Positions 1 through 9,907 of a stretch of DNA of 33,346 nt are shown piece after piece (position 1 is the stretch's first letter; each line of letters starts with the position of its first letter). The notes beneath the pieces were generated by a model. The model was not told where the DNA came from. It did not search any database and was given only the letters and a program-made list of their open reading frames with translations. The DNA comes from Basidiobolus ranarum (taxonomy: Eukaryota): positions 1 to 33,346 of the forward strand of contig JASJQH010006951.1 in NCBI GenBank assembly GCA_040143965.1, written 5' to 3'. Position numbers and translations under genes: made by a program.

Positions 1-1066
1 AAAATCAAATCTAACTTGACGATTTTATGATGGTAAGTAAACGGTCAATCCCAAATGGATTAAAATTGTGATGGTTTTCCTACGATAACAATCCTCAAAT
101 TTCTGTTAGGGAATGTGTGGTCATCTACCTGGAAAACCTTTCAAATTGGAATTTCTTCATAATTCACAAACCAATATTTTTCATGTGTAAAATGTTGAGA
201 GGCTCCAAAATCAATATACTGTGTCTGAGAGTCCTTGTTGGTAGTCATAGATAGAGCAGATATGAACAAGCAATCTTCTGTTATAACCACATTTCCAGAT
301 TCAGTACATATTTCTTCTTTTGCAAATCTTTTGAAGCAATCTTTGCTTAAATGGTCTGTTCTTTTACAATCTTCACAGAATGCATGACTGTTGATCTTAA
401 AGCACTTTTGACCTTTATAGGAAGGTTTCCCATTGCCTATTAAAGTGATTTCTTCATTCCTTTGGTTGGATCTATATTTTCAAAACTCTTCATCCAGTAG
501 TCTGCCAATTACATAATTTAAGGTAAAATTTTCAGTTCTTGATCCTAGAGCCATTATTGGGCTCTGAAACTCATGTGACAGGCTATTCAGGATGGTAACT
601 ATGATATCTTGATCTCTGGCAGGTACCTCATTGCATTCCATTTCATCCACTAAAATGGTGACTATGTTGATTGAAGATTTAATGTCTTCTCCTGGCTTTA
701 TCTTTAAGTGAGAGAATCATCTTCCTATAACATCTTGTTGGCAGCAGGACATGTTGTGTAGGTGTCTTCCAAGGCTTTCCATACTATCTTGGTAGTTTTT
801 GCTCTTGAGCAGTGAATTAACAATATGTCTTGAACATTAAGACAAATTGTGCTAAAGGCACTTTGTTCTTTTTTAACCTGGATAAAGCTTTGGTTTCATA
901 TAGTTTTGCATTGTTTTTTTCTCCTACAACAGTGTCCCAAAGTCCTTTTTCTTGCTGCAGCATTTTGATGTTCTTTTCCAAACTTAATAATTTATTCCAT
1001 CCAATTTTTCAGAAGAGGGAAAAGTTCCAAAATTTGATAAGTAGGTATTACAGAGAGGACAAACTT

Positions 1067-1078
1067 GGGCTCATAGCC
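1067..1078 (-). promoter_or_regulatory. Primer-binding site complementary to the anticodon arm of initiator tRNA-Met (Ty5/copia type)
   Basis: Minus strand GGCTATGAGCCC, 11/12 match to GGTTATGAGCCC (complement of tRNAiMet GGGCUCAUAACC), immediately after the LTR-terminal CA. Confidence 0.8.
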
Positions 1079-1406
1079 TGCTTGAAATGGCTTGTAGAAT
1101 TAGAGCAATTGGTGGTTTTCACTTATTGATTTATTGAGTAGAAAGTTGACATTTATAGTTTTGTCAAGATGTAAACAAACTAGCACATAGAATGTACTAA
1201 GAAAGGTCACAGGAATATGTGTGCTAATTTTGGGGCCTCTAGCACAAGTTTGAAAAATCTATATATCTGAGAACTTCCAAGTTGTTCAAAATATTCCAAA
1301 TAAATTCTAATTGAGAGTAATGGATGATATCTTAGTTCGATATAAGATAACTAAGTACTAAGCTATATATGACTATATAGGTGGGTAGGCAATGCTAATT
1401 TCAACA
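1079..1406 (-). repeat. Putative 5' LTR of the copia element
   Basis: On the minus strand it ends ..TTCAAGCA directly before the PBS and can start TGTTGA at 1406 (alternative TGTTGA at 1448). It contains AATAAA (~1130) and TATA-like runs. The outer boundary is uncertain because the second LTR is outside the window. Confidence 0.55.
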
Positions 1407-2043
1407 GTGATAGCATAACAGATATGAAAAAGACTGGAAACCTCAACAAAACCAAGTACTATACCTCAGCCTATGAATCTAATGATATATTGAATTTGAA
1501 GGGTTTCCAAACCTTTTTGCCTTCTTATTGCAGAAAATAAAAGCTAATGATAAGCCCTTTTGATGAGAGCAAGACCAGATGGCAAAACCTGTATCATTGT
1601 CTATTGGGGAAACTTTGTGCAAATCATTCATCTCACAAGCAGTTCCAGCTACCTTACCACTCATGCTCAACTTCTTTACTTAAGCTGCACATTGTAAGTT
1701 GAGTACCAGTTATTAAGAATTGTGTTAGCAAGATTGGCAAATATTCAGGACAGAGTGTCCCCAAATCAGGGCGGTAACTTCACTATCAGAACATATTAGC
1801 TGGTCACTCTTTGTATCACCGTAATAGTAGCTGATTGGCGATACATTTAGCACTGCAACCATCGAGTTAACAGTGCTATTGCTTTGATACTTCCATTACT
1901 AGGCACTGATGCGTTCATAAAAGTACAATGTCTTTGAAACTCAGTAACCATTTAAATTAGCATATGCACATTATATCATACTGGCAAGGGATGATAGTTT
2001 ATTAGAAGCTTGAGGCACTCTAATGAAAGCCAATTTTATGTCG

Positions 2044-2109
2044 ATCTACCCAATAACATTCATCTACCCAACAATATCCATCTACACAACAACATTCATC
2101 TACCCAACA
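2044..2109. repeat. 18-bp tandem repeat, ~3.7 copies
   Basis: ATCTACCCAA(T/C)AACATTC-like units at 2044, 2062, 2080 and 2098. Confidence 0.9.
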
Positions 2110-2646
2110 GTTAGTACTTGAGCTAATCCATAGTTGCACTCATCACTTTAGAGGATGAAAATCGCCATTCGTCAGATATGCATTCAAATATAACATATCA
2201 TTGCCACAATGAAGGAACAAACTAGTGATTGAAATTTCATCTCTGAAGATACCTGTTTAATTCCACAAGTAGCGCCCATTAGTTTGGAACCACATTAACC
2301 AGATTTACGAACTGGTTGGTTGATCAAGCCAAGGTAGATCGTTCCCACAAAAAACTCTGATCGGCACCCAAATACCTATATCGATATATGTAGTCATTAA
2401 TTTTACCTTTGATATACGTGGCTGTATTTAGGTAAAGAGACACTTGGAATTGGATGTCTGAAGGATGGGGATAACATGTAGGCAAAACTTGCTATAATGA
2501 TCTCTTACAATATAGGAAAAGATTGACAAATGATACAAGCTCTAGCATCTACCTAATTGAAGAATCCTGACCAAGAGGGAAACCTTAAATACTGAGTTGA
2601 AATTTCTAGGAATTCATCATCACACCGGTGCATTTCTCTACTGGCT

Positions 2647-3717
2647 ATGAAGTGGTTTTCTTTATTAATCGCCTCCTTGGCATTGGGCTCTACAGCTTTG
2701 GCAACTCCAATCACTAGACGCTTGGATCTTTCCATCATTGACAACAATGAACTGAGCATTCTCAAGACTCACGCCAGGTATGCTTCCGCCGCCTACTGCC
2801 CTCAAGCTAAAGTAACCGACTGGTCGTGTGCACGCTGTGTTGGTCGTTTCAATGTAACCTCCTACTTTTCCAACGAAGTTACTGGTATTGCTGGATATAT
2901 TGGTTACAGCACTAAAGACAAAGAGATTGTCATTTCATTCCGAGGGTATGCATATGAGAAGGTTGACAAGTAGACTGGTAACTAATTCTGAATATTTTTG
3001 TAGTTCCTCTAATTGGGCTAACTGGGCCAAGAATCTGGCTATTCTTCCAAAAACATTTATCTACCCAACAGCAAACGAAAATGTCAAAGTGCATAGTGGA
3101 TTTTTTGAAACCTACGCTAGTGTTGAGGATAATGTTCGCGCCGGGCTCAAGCAAGTTTTGACAACACTGAAGGATCAGACCGACACATATAAATTAATCA
3201 TCACTGGCCACTCTCTGGTAAGTGGAGTAAATTTAGAAACGGACTTTTATTTCTTTGAATAACACCTTACATTCAGGGAGCAGCAATTGCCACATTTTGT
3301 GCAATGGATATCAAGAGAATTTATTTGAATCCTAACAGTGAGAGATCCTTCAAGTCGGAGTTATTAATCATCGATCGCTCACAGATTTATTTGCACACTT
3401 TCGGTCAGCCAAGAGCCGGAAATTTGGATTTTGCACAACTAGTGTATAATACTTTTGGGTTGGGAACTACCCGTTCAACATTGGCAAGAATTACTAATAA
3501 AAGTGACCCAGTGACAAGACTCCCACCTCAAGACATGGGCTATTACCATCACCCCCATGAGATCTATATTCGCAAGGATGTCACTACCGTAGCCTGTCAA
3601 GACGTAGTTAATAACAAAGTCAAAGAGGATCCCAATTGCATTCTGGGAGTAACTCTTCCTCTTGGTTTTAGTGATCACGCTAAATACTGGGACATCCAAT
3701 TTGGTGCTGGTTGTTAA
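2647..3717 (+). CDS. Secreted class-3 (Rhizomucor/Rhizopus-type) triacylglycerol lipase; exons 2647-2945, 3004-3217, 3277-3717
   Basis: Signal peptide MKWFSLLIASLALGSTALA and a dibasic RR. Motifs ASAAYC, ISFRGS, VHSGF, GHSLG (formed across intron 2), TFGQPRAGN, DPVTRLPP, YYHHPHE and SDH. Two GT-AG introns restore the frame. Confidence 0.95.
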
Positions 3718-3826
3718 GAACCTCTTATTCATCTCTATTTGTATGGATACTCTATGAATACTCTACGGATACTACATCCCTTCAGCATTACAGCAACATT
3801 CAATAAAATCTCAGATTATGGCAGAA

Positions 3827-3895
3827 GTGCTATATATTACTGATGGGGCATCTAATTGTGCTATATATTACTGATGGGGCATCTAATTGTGCTAT
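3827..3895. repeat. 31-bp exact tandem duplication plus a partial third copy
   Basis: GTGCTATATATTACTGATGGGGCATCTAATT at 3827 and 3858, then GTGCTAT at 3889. Confidence 0.95.
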
Positions 3896-4724
3896 TTATA
3901 TGGATATTGGTTACTTGAGACTGTATAAATTCGACATAACCATTCATCATGCATATCAAAATAGCTTAATGCTCGAAATATTTCGGTGAAAATGGATATT
4001 TGCTAAAAGAAACATGGCTACTTGTGTAACAATTAAAAAATTAGTACTGAGATCGCCAATGCATCAATTATAGTAGCTACCATACCAAGTGTAGTGAGCA
4101 CAGCTCTAGAGTACAGCTCGTCCTTATAGCTCAGAACTAGATCCTACCAAGTAACTAATACTGAATAGGGTCTTCTTAATACGATAACTTCATGGATGTT
4201 AGCGAAAGTAAAAAGCTCAGTAGGTGGCGAATTTTTACATGTGATCCATGATTTTACGAGGTAGTCCACAATGTGAGCATAATAACTGATCCAAAACTTA
4301 AAATTCTCGGATATTCAGTATACTGAACTTTGAAACATATCAAAAAAAAAAGTCAGATGAAGGTGAGCCTAACCGGAGATTAGTTGGAATTCTCCCAGAT
4401 AAAGTGAAATCTAGAGCTCTCAACTCACTTATTGTTGGTACAAAACCAAAAATTAACGACAGCAGAGTATTCCTTAGGGTATTACATTTCAGTTAGTAGG
4501 GAATTTAGCGGAGTAATGAGTAGTACGTAACTTGTGTTTTAATACATATTTCACACTTGTTTATTACGGAAACTTTAGTAGCACTCTGGACCGATCATCC
4601 ATTAATATTAGATATGTTAATCCGCTTTGATAAAAGTTTATTCTTCTTTATCAGATATTCTTTAATAAGTAAATTTTATCATTTGCTGAGTCAAATAGAC
4701 ATAAATGAAACGATCATCTTTACT

Positions 4725-5246
4725 CTAGGCACCGAATACTTGAGTCCAGTAGTTCCCATTAGCAACATATCCAGAGCCAAATGAGGTAAACTGGGGGTTC
4801 AGAATGTTTCGTCGATGCCCAGCAGAATTCATCCAACCTTCCATTACAAGTTCTATACTAGTGTAACCCATAGCTACATTTTCTCCGATAGCGCTCCATT
4901 TGAATCCTGTTTCAGTAACACGAGTACTAAGAGGTCTTCCAGGTTCATCATGAGTCATTTGGCCAACACGAGCTTGATAATCGGTATGCTTCTGAGCTGC
5001 TTGCACCAAGTTGTTGTCCAGCTTCAGTGGTTTGCCTCCATTCTGTTGACGTTGCTCATTAACCAAAGCTAGCATCTTTTCAAGATCATCATTTCCGGAA
5101 GCTGTTGCGTTTACCAGAGTGTTCCTTGCTTTCTCCTGACGTCTGTTAGTGCGCTGGACAAAACTACCATCGTGAGAACCAGCCATAACCTGTATAGCTT
5201 GTAGAAAAAGAAAAGTTAAGCAAATAAAGATTATTCTGCCTTTCAT
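4725..5246 (-). CDS. Secreted CAP/SCP-domain protein, bacterial YkwD-like subtype, intronless, 173 aa
   Basis: Signal peptide; motifs LVNEQR, AAQKHT, MTH, GENVAMG, GWMNSAGHRRNIL and YWTQVFG. Confidence 0.93.
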   Translation of the reverse strand: MKGRIIFICLTFLFLQAIQVMAGSHDGSFVQRTNRRQEKARNTLVNATASGNDDLEKMLALVNEQRQQNGGKPLKLDNNLVQAAQKHTDYQARVGQMTHDEPGRPLSTRVTETGFKWSAIGENVAMGYTSIELVMEGWMNSAGHRRNILNPQFTSFGSGYVANGNYWTQVFGA

Positions 5247-7089
5247 GTTAATCTTAATAGTGTATTTAGCTCTGATTTTAATATGTCTTTAGAGTATGAC
5301 CTCTGTGGTTTTATATATGTTTGAGTGTCCAACTCTATGGTGCACTCGGTTACTCTCAAACGCAAGTAAGATTAATGGATGAATCGGATTACTTCCTAAC
5401 AGAGCTTTTACTTTATTATAGATGCATCAGTAAGACTTATGGCTCCTTTGAACATTATCTGGGTTCTCCACATACATCTCCTCCGACCCCTGACTTGCCT
5501 GTGTATAGAAATGAGCTTATACAGGTACCGACACTATCACATAAGAAAAGGAAACTGGCCTTAACAGTGTGTGACCATGAAGCAAGGAACTACAATCTAC
5601 CCAGCACAAGTCGCATTTCCTAATTATGAAATTAACTGTGGCCATGAACTGATATCATCTAATTGTTAAATTTCTATTGGCGGAGTAATGGACAATATTT
5701 TAATTAATTGCTTGGTATAATATGGTCAGTGATAAAGTTAGTCACAAGTTTGATTAAAACTCACCTTGAAAGAGGCTTTAGACTATATTATTCGAATAGC
5801 AAAACCTCACCTTAGACAGTTATAAAAAGAAGAAATTATCATCCATTACGCGCTTGTTGAAGTATGACTTGGGTTAAATATAAAATGGCCTATACGAGTG
5901 ATCAAATGAACCTGGACAAAGCACTTAATTGTTTACTGATGATAACAACCCTCGTATTTCTACCCGAATTGATTGTTACCGTGGAGTATTAGAGCCAGTG
6001 TTTCAAAAGGAAATTTCCAAGCGTGACCATCAAGCTAGCTTAAATTCAGCAAATACAACCGTTAATTGTTACCATCTAAAAAGGAAATTTTAGGGCTAGG
6101 AAAGCATGTTAAAATGCTTGCTAACAATCATTTGGTTACCTTTAGTCACACACTTTGTCAGCTCTAAAGAGGGAAAGAAATTCAGAGGTTGAGCATGCAA
6201 AAATCAAGAAAATTCATAGGATATTTGTGATCTTACAAAAATCACACAAACAATTCCTGTAATTTAGATGACAGTTGTTCGGACTCGGATGTAGGACAGT
6301 TACTGTCTCTATTAGCTTTCCCTTCCACTCCTTTTAAAAGCGACGTGGACGGAAGGGCCCTTTTTGCTTGGCAATTCACTCTCCTAGTTTTTCCTTGGTA
6401 TTGCTTTGCATGGACTTTCTCAATTAATCATATATATTGCAGGCTATTGGATATTCTTTGGAAGAACTCTCACCATATGATGCAATGTGGACAGAAACAA
6501 TAGGAAATCTAATCACTTCACTGATGTGCTGTTCCAGGTATTGGTACACATTATTCTTCATTGAATGCACAGCAGCATTTAGCTGATGGGTTTTGCTTTC
6601 CTTACAATCATTTTTATTGTACTTTCAGCTGGATTTTCTAAACTTTGGAATACAGCTGTTCTTTGTTTACTCTGGGTTAATTCACCTTTACATTGGTCCT
6701 AACACCACTCGTCTTTCCCTCTGAAGTTTTCCCTATGCATTTCCGCTCCTTAGTACATGGTAAATTTAGGTCCATTATTGGCTCATTTGGATTCAATCAA
6801 TTAGTGGAAATCAGAGGTAAATGTGAACCAGCTAGGATAGATTCCTCTCACTACCAGCAGTAAACATACTTAGCATAAAAACAGGTCAATGAAGATCAGA
6901 TTGTTACGAAGTCACTCAGAACACAAATACTTCCCGCAAACACTGTATTTTTCAAATTTTTTAATATCTGCTCTACTGGTATGCCTTGCTTAAATAACTT
7001 TTATACCTTACCTAAGTGATTTCTTCAGTCAATTTGAAGACTTTTTATCATTTTTCTCTTGTATAATACACTTCTAATCACTATCTCAA

Positions 7090-7610
7090 AGAGCCATGAT
7101 TATAGAGGAGGCTGGACTTAACTAAGGTAGCAGTATTGATACACTGAGACTTGGATATGCATGTTTTAGCAGGCTATTAAACCAATGTTTTAAAACTCAT
7201 GAATGCATATATCAAAGACAAGATAAATCAAGCTACCGCAAATTTAATGTTGACAGAGAGAATTTGTAACTCCATAGGAATTTTCAGGTATTATATTCCA
7301 TCAGAATAGTAATCAAGTGCTTAATGATAGGTTTATATGAAAGCAATTGTTTTCAAATGGTGCGCAACCATAGAATGTGTAAATTCTTACTCGGACTTGG
7401 CAATGCCCACATCATGATTTTATTGAATATATATGGAGCTATCTTACAAGAATACTGGGAGGATATACTATTCTTCCTGTGGTTCAATACAAACTTTGGT
7501 ATAATAGAAGTTTCTTGATATACCCATGAAATATTTGCAAGCTTCAGTGATATTTCTAAACATTTTGTGCAGTGTATAAGGTATAGAATTGTGGTACTAT
7601 ATACTGATAA
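7090..7610 (+). mobile_element. Highly decayed Tc1/mariner (DD34E-type) transposase remnant
   Basis: Plus-strand translation with stops: LGYAC (cf. VGYAC), IIFHQNSN (cf. IIFQQDND), ILTRTWQCPHHDFIEYIWSYLTRILGGY..KLW (cf. ILxWPxQSPDLNPIEHxWxxLKRxL), and AVYKV*NCGTIY* (cf. AVIKAKGGxTKY*). The motifs occur in the expected order. Confidence 0.75.
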
Positions 7611-9036
7611 GAAGTGCATCTACATATGGATATTCTGGGAACAATTATACATAGTAATAGCTTATCATTACTATAAACTTCTAACTTATGAGTTACTAAC
7701 TATGCTACTGACATTTTGTATTAACATCTTTTATTGATTGATAAAACTTCATGCATTTCAGTGGTCAAATTATGGATCAATCAGGAGTGCTGGTGTAAGT
7801 GAGTGAGAATATCGTAGATGCTGTAAAAAGCTGATGGCAAGATGTATTAGTGATATATGATACTTCAGAGTATGATATCACAGCATGTTGAGAAGCTGAA
7901 AATATTTTATGATGGCTAAAATTGATTCAACTGATATGGCCAGAGTTACATCAAAGCATTGGTGACTTATGGCCTCAAATATTTTTATTTTGGCTATGCT
8001 TCTGCTCATCCTTATTCTTATATTAGTACTATTGGTGTAAAAGGCATTGTTGAGAGGCACTGATTCTCTTACTTCAAGGAGTGGCAGTGATTAACGCTAT
8101 TGGTTATAGTAATAATACTTTTTTGAAACAGCATATACTTAAATAAAATCATTTTTCTTCGCATTAGTAATTATTACTACATATTTTAAATAGTGAATTG
8201 TATTAACCAATCATTGATTTCATCTAAATCTAGTTAGCATGGCTAATTGGTTTCATATCCCCATACACCTATGTAATCATATAATATAGTGCTGCGTGTT
8301 ACCCAAATACCATTGACTCATTAGTGTTTTGTATAGTACTGGAATATTTACTGCAACATCTCAAGTTAAGGATCAATAAAAAGTCCATTACTCCAAATAT
8401 TTATTAGAATGAATTGTGGCAGTTAGTTCATGTGTTTTTGTATAATATATAGAGAATTAAGCTATACTTCTTTTAATCATTAATGCCAAGACATAACAGT
8501 CCTAGCGTTAAATAACATACTATTGTATATTGTGATTGAATCGGAGATAAAACCCTGATACTACTCCTGCAATCATCATTTATATTGACAGATAACCAGC
8601 GAGTTGCCCCAATCAAGATGTCCATACACAGACAGGCTAGAAGGATCCTCAACTTTATCCCTGAATGGATTGGTTAAGTATTCGAAACTTGAAAGAGAGT
8701 CAACCAATAAATAAGTGAACCAATTATTCACAGTTATTTTGCATGATTTCGCTCTATTTAGTAGTACTTGACTATGATACTAAATATGGTTAGGGTATTT
8801 TCATCGACTTGCAAGTAGAAGATCCAAGATGGTGGATACTCATTCGTGTGGCTTATCAAACTACAGAATAAGTCTCACACAAACAAACTCACTGATTCAA
8901 CCCATCTCTTGTAGTATTATCTCTGTATCGTAATATCTCTCCGTACTTGAATCTCTATAAAATCACACCATCCGGCTTTAATCTCCTTAAAACTCTTACC
9001 AAACAACCACTCCACCACCTAAAGCATTAACCAATT

Positions 9037-9540
9037 ATGCCATCACACCTCAGCGTTCCACTCCCATCTCCCACCCTCATCAACGACACTTTCCAACTTC
9101 CTGAACGCACTAAAGTACACTGTGATGGACTACGTGTGATTGTCGTAGATGATAATAGTGTCTACCTTAGTATTGTCACTCGTATGTTAGCGAAATATTT
9201 CCCAAATGAAGTGAAATACACGTATGCTACCAGTTCACCATTATGTGCACTTGAATGGTTATCTCTTTACAGTTATGATCTGATACTTTTGGATATAGAT
9301 ATGCCAATTCTAACTGGTATAGAAACGACTCTAGAAATTCGAAACCCTTATAGTAGATTTCAAATACTCCATTCAAATAGAACTATTCCTATCATCGCTG
9401 TCACTACTAATGCTTTGGATGAGCATCGAAGATATTATACTGAGATTGGTATGAACGCTTGTGTGGCTAAACCTGTGACTCTTACTGAACTAAGAAGAGT
9501 ATTAAGTAGGGTCACTGGAATATCAACCATATCCCAATAA
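9037..9540 (+). CDS. Stand-alone CheY-like response-regulator receiver protein, 167 aa, intronless
   Basis: VIVVDDN (acidic pocket), YDLILLDIDMP (phosphoacceptor Asp), IPIIAVT and GMNACVAKP (conserved Thr and Lys). In-frame TAA at 9028-9030 just upstream of the ATG; TATAAAA near 8957. Confidence 0.92.
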   Translation: MPSHLSVPLPSPTLINDTFQLPERTKVHCDGLRVIVVDDNSVYLSIVTRMLAKYFPNEVKYTYATSSPLCALEWLSLYSYDLILLDIDMPILTGIETTLEIRNPYSRFQILHSNRTIPIIAVTTNALDEHRRYYTEIGMNACVAKPVTLTELRRVLSRVTGISTISQ

Positions 9541-9605
9541 TCAATATGAATGAACCCTCACCTCTACCTCCCAATAATCGATATGAATGAACCCTCACCT
9601 CTACC
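9532..9605. repeat. 37-bp tandem duplication spanning the receiver gene stop codon
   Basis: TCCCAATAATC(A/G)ATATGAATGAACCCTCACCTCTACC at 9532 and 9569, one mismatch. Confidence 0.95.
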
Positions 9606-9907
9606 ACTATCTTATTCGAGGGTTAACAATATTGAATATTAGACTGTAATTATAAATCCATTGATTTTGTACATTTCACATTGTTAATTCTTTTCCCTTT
9701 TCCCTTTTGTTTCGCTATTTCATTGCAAATATGGCCCAAGTGGATTGAAAATGAATAGCATTCATAACATAAAAACTGATTAAATATACACACACAACCA
9801 TCCATAATTAATGTTTAGATAATTCCAATATTTATTGATTTTCTATTTTCCAATATCATGAAAACTTTTCGAATGACTGGAGTTTATTCATTAGATTCGA
9901 AGGTGAT

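Larger units (their letters stand above)
1..1406 (-). mobile_element. Degenerate Ty1/copia LTR retrotransposon: 5' LTR, PBS, gag and protease, cut by the left window edge
   Basis: Minus-strand translation (with stops and frameshifts) gives copia gag-like text (..HCSRAKTTKIVWESL.., ..DQDIIVTILNSLSHEFQ..), a CCHC knuckle CEDCKRTDHLSKDC (~337-378) and a protease motif YIDFGASQH (~193-219; consensus DSGAS). PBS at 1067-1078 abuts the LTR-terminal CA. Confidence 0.9.

Noticed and set aside
830..1129. 99-aa plus-strand ORF
   Set aside because: Antisense to the copia gag/PBS/LTR relic; no protein features.
3827..3895. 31-37 bp repeats (also at 9532 and 33276) as CRISPR-like arrays
   Set aside because: Head-to-tail copies with no spacers, no cas genes, and a eukaryotic context.
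5321..5623. 100-aa TTG-start ORF divergent from the CAP gene
   Set aside because: No recognisable motif and it lies in the CAP promoter region; likely spurious.
7700..8100. Coding-like, CpG-poor stretch
   Set aside because: All frames examined are interrupted and no family was recognisable; probably a relic but cannot be called.
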